Notes: generated from the sequence alone by a model not told the origin. 64,000 nucleotides of DNA from an uncultured Chryseobacterium sp. (GCA_964457245.1 CAYWET010000003.1:77006-141005), one strand, 5' to 3'; positions 18,051 to 27,850 are shown, counted from the stretch's first letter. Program-made: numbers and translations.

Positions 18051-19094
18051 CTACGGCTTCTTATCCAAATGATTCCAACCCTGCGCTTGCAGATCGATCA
18101 ATTGGTCGGCAGCAACCAGGTTGTAACCATCTGATTTCTCGGTAATGTGACCAATAACCCGAATAGCCGGATTGGTTTCTATCCGCTTATAATCTTTGAT
18201 ATCAACCGTGAACAGCAACTCGTAATCTTCGCCTCCATTCAGCGCGGCCGTGGTCGGATCTAAGTTCAGTTCTTCGGCTGCAATTCCTGTGGTGTGATCA
18301 ACTGGAATCTTATCGATATAAACACGACAACCCACTTCGCTCTGCGTGCAGATGTGCATCAGGTCAGAACTCAAACCATCTGAAATATCCAGCATGGCGG
18401 TCGGCTTCACTTTTTCGAGTTCAAGAATATCGATGATCTCTGCTCTGGCCTCTGGTTTCAGTTGGCGCTCCAACACGTAATCGTGTCCAGAAAGATCGGG
18501 TTGTATGTCTGGGTTTTCTTTGAAGATCTTCTTCTCTCTTTCGAGTAATTGCAAGCCAAGGAATGCAGCACCAAGATCGCCCGAAACACAGATCAGGTCG
18601 GTTTCCTTTGCGCCATTTCTATAAACGATATTGTCTTCTTCCGCTTCTCCGATTGCGGTAACGCTAATGGTCAATCCGCTTAGCGAACTGGTGGTATCGC
18701 CACCTACCAGATCCACATTGTATTTCTCGCAGGCCAGTAGAATTCCGGTGTAGAGTTCATCTACTGCCTCCAACGAAAACCGACTTGAAAGTCCGATGGA
18801 AACCGTGATCTGGGTTGGTTTTCCATTCATGGCGTAGATGTCGGAGAGGTTAACCACCACGGCTTTGTAGCCCAAATGCTTCAGCGGTGCGTAGCTCAGA
18901 TCAAAGTGAATGCCTTCCAGCAGCATATCGGTTGTTACCAGCGTTTTCTTCTTATCGCTTCCGATAACGGCTGCGTCATCACCAATTCCTTTCACGGAAC
19001 TCTTTTGGCGTAGTTCAACCCCTGATTTGATCTTGTCAATCAGTCCGAACTCTCCGAGTTCGCTCAATTCGGTTCTTTCGTTGTTTTCAAACAT
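18051..19094 (-). CDS. thiL: Thiamine-monophosphate kinase
   Basis: LGEFGLIDKI...GIGDDAAV...LLEGIHF motifs. The ATG at 19094 (MFENNERT) is preferred over the upstream in-frame ATG at 19130. Confidence 0.9.
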   Translation of the reverse strand: MFENNERTELSELGEFGLIDKIKSGVELRQKSSVKGIGDDAAVIGSDKKKTLVTTDMLLEGIHFDLSYAPLKHLGYKAVVVNLSDIYAMNGKPTQITVSIGLSSRFSLEAVDELYTGILLACEKYNVDLVGGDTTSSLSGLTISVTAIGEAEEDNIVYRNGAKETDLICVSGDLGAAFLGLQLLEREKKIFKENPDIQPDLSGHDYVLERQLKPEARAEIIDILELEKVKPTAMLDISDGLSSDLMHICTQSEVGCRVYIDKIPVDHTTGIAAEELNLDPTTAALNGGEDYELLFTVDIKDYKRIETNPAIRVIGHITEKSDGYNLVAADQLIDLQAQGWNHLDKKP

Positions 19095-19131
19095 GCGGCA
19101 AAGGTCGTAAATGGAAAATAGTCTAAACAAA

Positions 19132-19155
19132 AGAGCCGCGATAAATCGCGGCTCT
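19132..19155 (-). terminator. Rho-independent terminator of typA
   Basis: 10-bp stem AGAGCCGCGA / TCGCGGCTCT with a 4-nt loop. On the minus strand it is followed by TTTTGTTT. Confidence 0.65.
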
Positions 19156-19162
19156 TCGTCCT

Positions 19163-20983
19163 TTAAAACTTCACATCGCTTAGCGCAGCATTCTTAGCGC
19201 GCTTGCGTTCGTGTTCTTTCAATAATGTTTTTCTCAATCGGAGTGATGAAGGTGTGGCTTCCACGTATTCATCCGCTTGGATGTATTCCAACGCTTCTTC
19301 CAACGAGAATTTTCTTGCTGGCGCGATCTTCACTTTATCGTCCGCTCCTGCAGAACGCATGTTGCTCATCTTCTTGGTCTTGGTGAGGTTCACAACCATA
19401 TCGTCTGCACGGGTGTTTTCCCCCACAACTTGTCCTTCGTAGATAGCTTCGCCCGGATCAACAAAGAAACGGCCGCGATCCTGCAAGTTGCTGAGCGTAT
19501 ATGGAATGGCGGTTCCAGCCTCCATCGAGATCAATGAACCATTCAAACGACCTGGAATTTCTCCTTTGTATGGTTGATATTCCTTGAATCGGTGACTCAT
19601 GATGGCCTCACCAGCCGTTGCCGTAAGCAATTGATTTCTGAGACCGATGATTCCGCGAGATGGAATGGTGAACTCAAGCAACATACGGTCTCCTTTCGGC
19701 CCCATGTTCACGATTTCGCCCTTACGGTTAGTTACCATTTCCACAGCTTTCCCGTGTACTTCTTCCGGCAGGTCAATGGTAAGGTCCTCCACAGGTTCGC
19801 ATTTCACACCATCAATTTCTTTGATGATTACCTGCGGCTGACCGATCTGTAGCTCGTACCCTTCTCTTCGCATCGTTTCAATCAATACTGAAAGATGCAA
19901 TACACCTCGACCGTAAACTTGGAAGCTATCTGCAGAATCCGTTGGCTCTACGCGCAGCGCAAGGTTCTTCTCCAATTCCTTTTCCAGACGCTCACGCAAA
20001 TGACGCGAGGTAACGAACTTTCCTTCTTTACCGAAGAACGGAGAATCGTTAATGGTGAAAAGCATACTCATTGTAGGCTCATCGATGTTGATCGGTGCCA
20101 TTGCCTCTGGATTCTCCACATCTGCAATCGTATCACCGATCTCAAATCCTTCCAACCCGACCAATGCACAGATCTCGCCAGCTTGAACCTCTTCCACCTT
20201 GGCTTTGCCCATTCCTTCGAACACATAAAGCTCTTTGAGCTTGCCTTTGGTTGTTGTTCCATCGCGCTTGATCATGGCCACTTGCTGGCCGGCTTTCAAC
20301 GTTCCGCGATACAATCTTCCGATGGCGATTCGGCCAATGTATGGCGAGTGATCCAACGAAGTGATTTGCATTTGCGTGGTTCCTTCCGCTACTTTCGGTG
20401 CTGGAATGTGCTCGATAACCTGCTCCATCAAATAATCGATGTTGCCTGTTGGCTTAGTGGCATCTTCGCCCATCCAACCCATTTTGGCCGAACCGAAAAC
20501 CGTTGGAAAATCCAACTGCTCCTCCGTTGCTCCAAGGTTGAACATCAGGTCGAAAACAGCTTCTTGCGCCTCGTCTGGCGTACAGTTCGGCTTGTCAACC
20601 TTGTTCACCACAACAATCGGTTTCAAACCTAATTCGATGGCCTTTTGAAGCACGAAACGCGTCTGTGGCATCGGCCCTTCAAAAGCATCAACCAACAGCA
20701 AAACACCATCTGCCATGTTCAGCACACGCTCTACTTCGCCTCCGAAGTCGCTGTGTCCTGGGGTGTCGATGATGTTGATCTTGGTGTCGCCCCAAGTAAC
20801 CGAAACGTTCTTTGATAGAATGGTAATTCCACGTTCCCGCTCGAGGTCGTTGCTGTCCATTACCAACTCTCCCATGGTTTCGTGTTCTGCAAAAACCTTG
20901 GCGGCTTCTAGCATTCGGTCAACCAACGATGTTTTGCCGTGGTCAACGTGCGCAATAATTGCAATGTTCCGTATTGATGTCAT
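19163..20983 (-). CDS. typA: Translational GTPase TypA/BipA
   Basis: [31 protein letters not shown] and NKVDK G-motifs. Length and domain order match BipA. Confidence 0.95.
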   Translation of the reverse strand: MTSIRNIAIIAHVDHGKTSLVDRMLEAAKVFAEHETMGELVMDSNDLERERGITILSKNVSVTWGDTKINIIDTPGHSDFGGEVERVLNMADGVLLLVDAFEGPMPQTRFVLQKAIELGLKPIVVVNKVDKPNCTPDEAQEAVFDLMFNLGATEEQLDFPTVFGSAKMGWMGEDATKPTGNIDYLMEQVIEHIPAPKVAEGTTQMQITSLDHSPYIGRIAIGRLYRGTLKAGQQVAMIKRDGTTTKGKLKELYVFEGMGKAKVEEVQAGEICALVGLEGFEIGDTIADVENPEAMAPINIDEPTMSMLFTINDSPFFGKEGKFVTSRHLRERLEKELEKNLALRVEPTDSADSFQVYGRGVLHLSVLIETMRREGYELQIGQPQVIIKEIDGVKCEPVEDLTIDLPEEVHGKAVEMVTNRKGEIVNMGPKGDRMLLEFTIPSRGIIGLRNQLLTATAGEAIMSHRFKEYQPYKGEIPGRLNGSLISMEAGTAIPYTLSNLQDRGRFFVDPGEAIYEGQVVGENTRADDMVVNLTKTKKMSNMRSAGADDKVKIAPARKFSLEEALEYIQADEYVEATPSSLRLRKTLLKEHERKRAKNAALSDVKF

Positions 20984-21103
20984 GCCCTTGAAAATCAGCG
21001 CGCAAAGGTACGGTTAAGTTTGGCTTATGTTTGTGCAAAATTCTATCAACGACAAGTGAAACCGACTCCCATCACAAAAGGCCTGTTTATAGGTGGTTTC
21101 GGA

Positions 21104-21391
21104 ATGCTTCTGATCAGCGTGCTTTTCTCAATAAGCGGGTGGCCCGCAGCTGAGATGTTTGCCATCCTCGGTTCCACCATTTCAATCGGTTTCTACTTCG
21201 TTTTTAGCAGATTCAGCAACAGGCGTTCGAATTACGCCCGCCACATTGTTCTTATTGCACTTTCAGCAGCAATCATTCTTAAATCATTCGGAATTGCGGC
21301 CGGGTCATGGTTGTTACTAGTGGCATTTGTTGCGTTTCTCGTGTGGTTTGCATGGTCGGTTTTAGAGGAAATTCCTCCTTCTGAAGACTGA
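21104..21391 (+). CDS. Small membrane protein (3 predicted TM helices)
   Basis: The ORF runs 21020-21391 and starts with TTG; the first in-frame ATG is at 21104 (MLLISVLFSISGW...). No known motifs. Confidence 0.4.
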   Translation: MLLISVLFSISGWPAAEMFAILGSTISIGFYFVFSRFSNRRSNYARHIVLIALSAAIILKSFGIAAGSWLLLVAFVAFLVWFAWSVLEEIPPSED

Positions 21392-21412
21392 TTTAATCCG
21401 CATCTTTGCCGC

Positions 21413-21985
21413 ATGAGCGCTGGCAAACTCATCATTTTCTCCGCCCCGAGCGGATCGGGCAAAACCACCTTGGTTCATCACCTGCTTTCTAAACCTGAAT
21501 TGAAACTGGCGTTTTCGGTTTCGGCCACTAGCCGTGCTAAACGACCCAACGAAACAGATGGAAAGGACTACTATTTCCTTTCTGCCGATGAATTCAGAAA
21601 GCGAATTGACGCTGGCGATTTTCTCGAATGGGAAGAGGTTTACACAGACCAGTTCTATGGAACGCTTCGTTCAGAAATTGACCGCATTCACGCAGAAGGA
21701 AAGCACGTAATGTTCGATGTTGATGTTGTCGGTGGATTGAACATCAAGAAGCAATTCGGAGATGATGCATTGGCGGTTTTTGTGAAACCTCCTTCAATCG
21801 AAGAATTGGAAAATCGGCTGAGAAACCGTTCTACCGAAAGTGAGGAAAGCCTCAGAAAGCGTGTTGGAAAAGCTGCCGAGGAAATGCAATACGCCAGTCC
21901 GTTTGATGTGATTCTAGTAAACGATGACCTCGAGACGGCAAAAGCGGAGGCAGAAAAGCTGGTTTCTGATTTTACAAATAGTTGA
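21413..21985 (+). CDS. gmk: Guanylate kinase
   Basis: IIFSAPSGSGKTTL P-loop and SATSRAKRPNETDGKDYYF. Confidence 0.95.
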   Translation: MSAGKLIIFSAPSGSGKTTLVHHLLSKPELKLAFSVSATSRAKRPNETDGKDYYFLSADEFRKRIDAGDFLEWEEVYTDQFYGTLRSEIDRIHAEGKHVMFDVDVVGGLNIKKQFGDDALAVFVKPPSIEELENRLRNRSTESEESLRKRVGKAAEEMQYASPFDVILVNDDLETAKAEAEKLVSDFTNS

Positions 21986-22026
21986 TTGTGATTCCTTCAG
22001 AAAAAATCCTCCGCCTCACTTCGGCA

Positions 22027-22072
22027 CCTCCTTTTCAAGGAGGAAGGGGCTCTTTCCCCCTTTCAAAGGGGG
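22027..22072 (+). terminator. Twin hairpins downstream of gmk (REP-like element or terminator)
   Basis: CCTCCTT ttc AAGGAGG (22027-22043) and CCCCCTTT c AAAGGGGG (22056-22072), followed by tgtttt. Confidence 0.5.
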
Positions 22073-22133
22073 TGTTTTGAATGTGTAGCTTGCGGAACAT
22101 TTCGAAACGGGGGATTTGTATATAGCTGAACAG

Positions 22134-22709
22134 ATGAAAAAAGTTGCACTGTTCTTCGGTTCGTTCAACCCAATTCATATTGGGCACATGATTATTGCCG
22201 ACCACGTTGCCAACCACACGGATTGCAAGGAAGTTTGGTTCGTGGTTTCGCCACACAATCCGCACAAGGAAAAGAAGACACTTTTAGCGGACCACCATCG
22301 TTTGGCAATGGTTGTTCGAGCAACAGAAAACGATATGCGATTCCGCGCTTCGGACATTGAGTTTCATCTCGGCCAACCTTCTTATACCATCAACACGCTC
22401 GTTCATCTGAAGGAAAAATATCCTGAAGTTGAGTTTTCGCTCTTCATGGGAGGAGACAATCTTGCGTCTCTTCATAAATGGAAGAATTACGAGGCGATTC
22501 TGGAAAATCATCCGATTATCTGCTACTCCAGGCCCAACACAGATGTTCAGAATTTGAATCTCGAAGGAAACATTACCATCCTTGACGCACCTTTGATGCA
22601 GATATCATCGAGTCATATCAGAGACCAAATTGCAAAAGGACATAGCGTGAAGTACCTGATGCCATTGGAAGCTTGGCAATATTTGGATGAGATGAATTTC
22701 TACCGATAA
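22134..22709 (+). CDS. nadD: Nicotinate-nucleotide adenylyltransferase
   Basis: MKKVALFFGSFNPIHIGH (the (T/H)xGH motif) and ISSSHIR. ATG 22134 lies inside the track ORF that starts at TTG 22116. Confidence 0.9.
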   Translation: MKKVALFFGSFNPIHIGHMIIADHVANHTDCKEVWFVVSPHNPHKEKKTLLADHHRLAMVVRATENDMRFRASDIEFHLGQPSYTINTLVHLKEKYPEVEFSLFMGGDNLASLHKWKNYEAILENHPIICYSRPNTDVQNLNLEGNITILDAPLMQISSSHIRDQIAKGHSVKYLMPLEAWQYLDEMNFYR

Positions 22710-22739
22710 TCATCGATATGTTTTACATTTAATCTGTCT

Positions 22740-24461
22740 ATGGGAGAAAGTGTTTCGTTTTTGAGTTGGGGGCTGCCCCTTTTTTCCGTCATCATTCTAC
22801 TGTTGGTGTGGTGGTTCTTGAACAGCCGTCTGAATCGACTGCGTCTCAACGACCAGCTGGAACTAGGGAAAATGGAAGCAGAGCGCTTGAAGCAACTCGA
22901 CCTCGTAAAATCTGATTTCTTCTCGAACGTTACCCACGAATTCCGCACGCCATTGACGCTGATTCTTGGTCACTTGGATCAGGTAATTCCCAACATTACA
23001 GACGATAGGGCGAAGAAGGAACTGATTGTTGTAAAACGAAATGCCAAGCTTCTCGAAAAACTGATCAATCAACTGCTTGATATTGCAAAGATCGAGGCGG
23101 ACAGAATGGATATTGATCTCCGCAAGGGAAATATTGTTCCGCTTCTGAATGAGATTCAGCGTTCGTTTGCTTCTCTTGCCGACAGAAAAGGTGTTGGGCT
23201 GGATTTTGAAGTGAAGCAGGAGACAATCAACATGGAATTCGACCCAGACAAGGTTGAGTTGATTTTCTACAACCTGCTTTCAAACGCATTCAAATTCACG
23301 GATAAAGGAAAGGTCAGTCTTACAGTAGATACCGCTGAAAAGGACGGGAAACAGTTCTGCAAACTTGTTGTGCAGGATACAGGTATCGGAATTGTAGAAG
23401 AACAGATTCCGAAGGTATTCGACAGGTTCTATCAATCTGAAAACTCCCGTTGGAGAAAAAATAAGGGAACAGGGATTGGTCTGGCTTTGGTAAAAGATCT
23501 GGTTGAACTCCACGAAGGAACCATTGACCTTAAGAGTATTTCTGGCGTTGGAACCGAGATTACTATCATGCTTCCCGTTGAGCACCAACTACTGAATCAG
23601 GATTCCGAAATGGAAATTCCTGCCTTGGAACCAATCGACCCAGACTTGGAAGTGGCAGTTGAATTTGATTCTTCTGAACAGAAACTGACGGAAGAAGAGG
23701 TTAACGCACAGAACATTGTCTTGGTTATTGAGGATAATGACGACATCAGAAACTTCCTTCGATTAACGCTCGAACCGACTTTCCGCGTTTTCGATACCAT
23801 TGATGGCGAAACAGGAATTGAAAAGGCAACCGAGATTATTCCAGATGTAATTGTTTGCGATGTAATGATGCCAGGGAAAGATGGTTTCGAGGTCACGAAA
23901 ATCTTGAAGAAGCAAGAAAAGACCAGCCACGTTCCTATTATTCTTCTCACAGCGAAAGCTGGTGTCGAGAACAGAATTACTGGTTTGGAAACTGGTGCTG
24001 ATGCTTACGTTCCAAAGCCGTTCAGCTCAGATGAATTACATGCTCGCATTAAAAACCTGATTGACGGAAGAAAGAAACTGAAAGAGAAATACTCGCGCTC
24101 ACTTTTGGTTAAGCCAGAGGTTGTGGCCGAGCCGTCAATGGAAGAGAAATTCTTGCTGCGGGTAAAGAAAGTAGTGGAAGAACATCTGGATGATGAAAAC
24201 TTCAGCGTTGAAGAACTCAGCAAGAAAGTAGGCATGAGTCGTGCGCAGCTTCACAGAAAACTGATTGCCCTTACAGGCAAAAGTGCAAGCCGTTTTGTGC
24301 GAAATTATCGCTTGGAGCACGCTTACCAATTGCTGGAAAACAGAGTTGGCACGGTTTCTGAAATTGCATACCGCGTTGGCTACAGTAGCCCAGCGTATTT
24401 TACCAAGTGTTTTACCGAAGATTTCGGCATCTCTCCGAGTCAGGTTAAGAAGGACACTTAG
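22740..24461 (+). CDS. Hybrid sensor histidine kinase / response regulator with a C-terminal AraC-type HTH and no extracytoplasmic sensor domain
   Basis: One N-terminal TM helix, the H-box SNVTHEFRTPL, HATPase motifs (DTGIGI, GTGIGLALV), a receiver domain (LVIEDNDD...DVMMPGKDG...LTAK) and an AraC HTH (VGYSSPAYFTKCF). Confidence 0.85.
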   Translation: MGESVSFLSWGLPLFSVIILLLVWWFLNSRLNRLRLNDQLELGKMEAERLKQLDLVKSDFFSNVTHEFRTPLTLILGHLDQVIPNITDDRAKKELIVVKRNAKLLEKLINQLLDIAKIEADRMDIDLRKGNIVPLLNEIQRSFASLADRKGVGLDFEVKQETINMEFDPDKVELIFYNLLSNAFKFTDKGKVSLTVDTAEKDGKQFCKLVVQDTGIGIVEEQIPKVFDRFYQSENSRWRKNKGTGIGLALVKDLVELHEGTIDLKSISGVGTEITIMLPVEHQLLNQDSEMEIPALEPIDPDLEVAVEFDSSEQKLTEEEVNAQNIVLVIEDNDDIRNFLRLTLEPTFRVFDTIDGETGIEKATEIIPDVIVCDVMMPGKDGFEVTKILKKQEKTSHVPIILLTAKAGVENRITGLETGADAYVPKPFSSDELHARIKNLIDGRKKLKEKYSRSLLVKPEVVAEPSMEEKFLLRVKKVVEEHLDDENFSVEELSKKVGMSRAQLHRKLIALTGKSASRFVRNYRLEHAYQLLENRVGTVSEIAYRVGYSSPAYFTKCFTEDFGISPSQVKKDT

Positions 24462-24490
24462 ACCCCTACCATTTTTGTCTCATCTTGGAT

Positions 24491-24525
24491 TTGCAACGAA
24501 TTTGCACTCGCGTTGCAACATTTTT
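24491..24525 (+). terminator. Hairpin plus T-run downstream of the hybrid kinase (terminator or operator)
   Basis: TTGCAACG (24491-24498) and CGTTGCAA (24511-24518) form an 8-bp stem with a 12-nt loop, followed by cattttt. Confidence 0.4.
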
Positions 24526-24665
24526 ACATATTCTCTACGTATCTCACGCAACTTTCACTTTTGTAACAACATAAGTTGAGACACCCGTCTTAACTCTCGG
24601 CACCGATCTGGAAGCCTGATGATCCATTCCTCCTGAAATTTGACTCAGTCATTCACCTAAAGGAA

Positions 24666-26081
24666 ATGGTCATGAAAAATCAGGCATCAAAACACGGACA
24701 GAGGAGTGCTATGCAAGCGGCAGGAAATGAAAACTCCTCGCGCGTACCATTAGTAGCCGCAGTTATTCTTTACTCAACTATGCTTGTGCTTCTTGCCAAC
24801 CTCGCGTTAGCGGAATCCAGTAGTCTTGGTGCATTGATCAAGGTGAACAACCAATTGGATGGCAACGCTTTTGCAAAATTGGATGCAAAGGTTAAATCCA
24901 CCACCGGTAACGTTATGGCCATTGACTTGCCAAAAGCTTCCTTGGCCAGCGTTTCCAATGTTAAAGGTGTTTGCAACACACAACTTGACCACACCCGAAA
25001 CAACGCTCAGGATCTGGACGCGGAAGCAGCGAAGAACAAGTACGCAGGAGTTGGAGTGGTTGTGGGAATCTTGGACAACAATGGTGTGTTGGGTTCAGAT
25101 GCCGTTGCCAAACTCAAAAAGGTTGAGAAGGCAGCTAACGTGGGATTTATCTCTTACGTTTCCGACAACCCTAGTTCTACAGTGATCATGCGTAACATCA
25201 ACGGTGGTGAAAGCAACTTAATCCAAGCGCTTTTATATATGGAAGATTACGCCAAAACGGTGGGCAAGCCGTTGGTGATTGAGATGAACGTTGGTACCGA
25301 AGAGTTGAGCAACCCATTGTTTGTTCAGGTATGCCAAAAGTTTGCCGATGCTGGCGTGCAGTTCCTTGGCGCAGACCTTTCAACTGGCTCTGTTTCCAGT
25401 TCGGTTCCTGTCCAAATGGCGTTCAGCACATTCGACCCAAAAACTGGAAAAATCACCGATAGATCTGAATTCTGGGCTATCGAAGAGGTAAAGCAACAGC
25501 AGATCATGTTATTGGGTTCTGATGAGCAAACTTGCTCCATATTCTTTCAGACCGAGTACGGCTTCGACAAGGTTTTCATGTCAAACAATTCTGACGACTT
25601 TGTAATGGTTACACTCATTACTGCCGATGGAAGCGTGAACTACTACCACGTAACCCGCAAAGAGACCGCGCTTATCCCGCGCACGTTGATGAACGGCACG
25701 CCCATTTTAGAAGATGGACTGACCGGAGTATTCCCATTCCATTCCAAAGGAATCTTATTCAACGGAGCAATGGCCACCAAGCAGTTTGTAAGTCTTAATA
25801 GCTCAAGAGACAACGTTCAGCTTAATGCCAAGAATGGCCTATCCATGCAGGTTGGCTCGCCATCTGACAGAACGTTGGCCATGAACTTGAAGAACATTAG
25901 TCCAGCACTTGAAATTGAAATTAAAGACGCAACCGGTGCCATTGTTTACCGAAGTCAACCAGACGAAGAAACAAGAAGCATCAGTACTAGAATTGATCTA
26001 TCAAGTGGTGTAGAAGGTCTGTATTTCCTAGACTTGACATCCCCCGATTTCCACCAGACCTTCGCGCTGCTGATGGATTAA
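24666..26081 (+). CDS. Secreted hypothetical protein, possible T9SS type A C-terminal sorting domain
   Basis: N-terminal hydrophobic signal/anchor (LVAAVILYSTMLVLLANLALA). The C-terminus ...GVEGLYFLDLTSPDFHQTFALLMD resembles a T9SS CTD. Confidence 0.55.
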   Translation: MVMKNQASKHGQRSAMQAAGNENSSRVPLVAAVILYSTMLVLLANLALAESSSLGALIKVNNQLDGNAFAKLDAKVKSTTGNVMAIDLPKASLASVSNVKGVCNTQLDHTRNNAQDLDAEAAKNKYAGVGVVVGILDNNGVLGSDAVAKLKKVEKAANVGFISYVSDNPSSTVIMRNINGGESNLIQALLYMEDYAKTVGKPLVIEMNVGTEELSNPLFVQVCQKFADAGVQFLGADLSTGSVSSSVPVQMAFSTFDPKTGKITDRSEFWAIEEVKQQQIMLLGSDEQTCSIFFQTEYGFDKVFMSNNSDDFVMVTLITADGSVNYYHVTRKETALIPRTLMNGTPILEDGLTGVFPFHSKGILFNGAMATKQFVSLNSSRDNVQLNAKNGLSMQVGSPSDRTLAMNLKNISPALEIEIKDATGAIVYRSQPDEETRSISTRIDLSSGVEGLYFLDLTSPDFHQTFALLMD

Positions 26082-26088
26082 TGGAAAA

Positions 26089-26114
26089 GCCCCGAAAAAT
26101 TTCGGGGCTTTTTT
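26089..26114 (+). terminator. Rho-independent terminator
   Basis: GCCCCGAAA aa TTTCGGGGC followed by TTTTTT. Confidence 0.75.
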
Positions 26115-26157
26115 GTTAGGCTCATTTGCATTTTCGAAAACGCATCAGAATTTACGG

Positions 26158-26165
26158 TACTTTTG
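26158..26165 (+). promoter_or_regulatory. Bacteroidota -7 box (TAnnTTTG) upstream of the cold-shock gene
   Basis: TACTTTTG lies 26 nt upstream of ATG 26191. No well-spaced -33 TTTG was seen. Confidence 0.4.
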
Positions 26166-26190
26166 GCGCTTATTAATTTTTAACCAAGCA

Positions 26191-26382
26191 ATGAAAAAAG
26201 GTACAGTTAAGTTCTTTAATGATTCCAAAGGTTACGGATTCATTATTGACGAAGAGTCAAAAGCAGAGTATTTCGTTCACGTTTCTGGTTTGATCGATGA
26301 GATCAAAGAAGACGATAACGTAGAATTCGAATTGAAAGAAGGAAGAAAAGGCCTGAACGCAGTTGACGTTAAGGTTATCTAA
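26191..26382 (+). CDS. Cold-shock protein (CspA family)
   Basis: MKKGTVKFFNDSKGYGFI...YFVHVSGL carries the RNP1 and RNP2 motifs. 63 aa; the track ORF 26113-26382 begins upstream at a non-ATG codon. Confidence 0.95.
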   Translation: MKKGTVKFFNDSKGYGFIIDEESKAEYFVHVSGLIDEIKEDDNVEFELKEGRKGLNAVDVKVI

Positions 26383-26408
26383 TATTTTGAGTCTTTTTAA
26401 AATGAAAA

Positions 26409-26439
26409 GCCCCGCTCAAACGAGTGGGGCTTTATTTTT
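26409..26439 (+). terminator. Rho-independent terminator of the cold-shock gene
   Basis: GCCCCGCTC aaac GAGTGGGGC followed by TTTATTTTT. Confidence 0.8.
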
Positions 26440-26567
26440 GACCTAACTCGTGCTGAAAATGCAAACTTCTATTTTTATACTCAATGAAACCGGCCCGTTT
26501 TGAGGTTGGCCCCTTCTGAAAGTCAATAGTAAAGCCCTTCAACCTGTTTTAGAATCGCTTAGCAACC

Positions 26568-26972
26568 ATGGAACACATTGAACATCTTGGAATAGCCGTA
26601 CGAAGTTTGGATACCTCAATTCCCATTTACGAGGCGTTGCTGAACACAAAATGCTACAAGCAAGAAGCGGTTGAAACGGAGCATGTGATAACTGCTTTCT
26701 TCCAAACATCAAACAATAAAATCGAACTGCTTCAGGCGACTTCTTCGGAAAGTGCCATTGCCAAGTTCATTGAAAAACGAGGAGAAGGCATACATCATGT
26801 GGCGTATGCTGTTTCCGACATCTATTTTGAAATGGAACGATTGCGTTCTGAAGGGTTTCGAATATTGAATGAACACCCCAAACAAGGGGCCGACAACAAG
26901 CTTATCTGCTTCGTTCACCCAAAAGACACTTCAGGGGTTCTGATGGAGCTCTGTCAGGAAATTTCAGAATAG
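26568..26972 (+). CDS. mce: Methylmalonyl-CoA epimerase (VOC superfamily)
   Basis: MEHIEHLGIAVRSLD...GEGIHHVAY...HPKDTSGVLMELCQ. Confidence 0.85.
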   Translation: MEHIEHLGIAVRSLDTSIPIYEALLNTKCYKQEAVETEHVITAFFQTSNNKIELLQATSSESAIAKFIEKRGEGIHHVAYAVSDIYFEMERLRSEGFRILNEHPKQGADNKLICFVHPKDTSGVLMELCQEISE

Positions 26973-27587
26973 GTCAAAGATTGTTTCGCCTTCATCTGCA
27001 CGGAGATGACATGTGTGAAGACCTATGCTTTTTGCGCCTTCGATGTGTTGCGGAGAATCGTCAATAAAAAGCGTTTCTGAAGGCTTATATCCCTGTTCTT
27101 TTACCACCATTTCGAAAATCCTCGGTTCGGGTTTCCGCATTCCTGTTCTACACGAATAATAAACTTTATCAAAGAACCCGCTGAGGTCTTCGTGGCCGTG
27201 CGCTTTTTTCAATTCATCTTCAAAAGACGTTACATGAATCTCGTTGGTATTGCTCAGCAAGCAAATACGTTTTTCTTTGCGAAGCGCATCCAACAAACTC
27301 AACCTTTCTGCTGGAAGGTCTAAAAGCATTGCGTTCCACGCTTCATCCAGTGTCTCATCCGAAACCGAATTACTGAACACAGTCCTCAACCCATCTCTGA
27401 ATTCGATGGGTGAAATCTTTCCTCTTTCAAACTTGTCAAAAAGGTCTGTTTGACTAAGCTGTGAATAGCTTTTCTCAAAATCCTCAATTCCAAGACGCTG
27501 AAACGCGTCTATCGTTCTATTGTAATCAAGGTTTAGAATTACGCCCCCAAAGTCGAAAATGATGTTCGGGTAATCTTTCGGTCTCAT
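26964..27587 (-). CDS. HAD-superfamily hydrolase, subfamily IA
   Basis: IIFDFGGVIL (DxG variant of motif I), LLSNTN (motif II) and FIDDSPQHIEGA (motif IV). Confidence 0.85.
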   Translation of the reverse strand: MRPKDYPNIIFDFGGVILNLDYNRTIDAFQRLGIEDFEKSYSQLSQTDLFDKFERGKISPIEFRDGLRTVFSNSVSDETLDEAWNAMLLDLPAERLSLLDALRKEKRICLLSNTNEIHVTSFEDELKKAHGHEDLSGFFDKVYYSCRTGMRKPEPRIFEMVVKEQGYKPSETLFIDDSPQHIEGAKSIGLHTCHLRADEGETIFDLF

Positions 27588-27620
27588 ATTTTCTCTGTTG
27601 GTCAGCAGCGGCCAAATATA

Positions 27621-27628
27621 TACTTTTG
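27621..27628 (+). promoter_or_regulatory. Bacteroidota -7 box (TAnnTTTG) upstream of tRNA-Met
   Basis: TACTTTTG lies 37 nt upstream of the tRNA, with a TTG at 27598-27600 about 20 nt further upstream (-33-like). Confidence 0.45.
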
Positions 27629-27664
27629 CCGTCCGCTCGATTTGAACGGAATGCTGAAAAGCAC

Positions 27665-27738
27665 GGGCCTATAGCTCAGTTGGTTAGAGTACCGGACTCA
27701 TAATCCGTTGGTCCCTGGTTCGAGCCCAGGTGGGCCCA
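27665..27738 (+). tRNA. tRNA with CAU anticodon: elongator tRNA-Met (a lysidine-modified tRNA-Ile2 cannot be excluded)
   Basis: Folded by hand into a 74-nt cloverleaf. Acceptor stem GGGCCTA/TGGGCCC, D-arm GCTC-AGTTGGTTA-GAGT, anticodon loop CTCATAA, T-arm CCTGG-TTCGAGC-CCAGG, discriminator A. No encoded CCA. Confidence 0.9.
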
Positions 27739-27740
27739 CA

Positions 27741-27775
27741 GAAAACCGCCTCGTTTGAAGCGGTTTTCTCATTTT
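27741..27775 (+). terminator. Rho-independent terminator after the tRNA
   Basis: GAAAACCGC / GCGGTTTTC form a 9-bp stem with a 10-nt loop, followed by tcatttt. Confidence 0.7.
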
Positions 27776-27850
27776 CAGCCCTACTCTCTTTTTCTCTGCC
27801 GAGAAAGAAAATAATGTTTCCGCTTGACCTCCGTTAAAAAGTCGATTGAA

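Noticed and set aside
13538-20632. Long antisense ORFs inside purF (13538-14134, 14747-15229), the voltage-sensor gene (16597-17223) and typA (19895-20632)
   Set aside because: The opposite-strand frames encode unmistakable conserved enzymes or motifs. These ORFs have no recognisable features.
22035-22265. 76-aa minus-strand ORF ending ...ERGKEPLPP
   Set aside because: It reads through the twin-hairpin element and is antisense to the 5' end of nadD, so it is an artefact of the palindromes.
24666-26081. Subtilase-like Asp motif (AGVGVVVGILDNNGV) suggesting an S8 protease
   Set aside because: I could find no His (HGT) or Ser (GTS) catalytic motifs in the rest of the protein, so there is not enough to call a protease or pseudo-protease.
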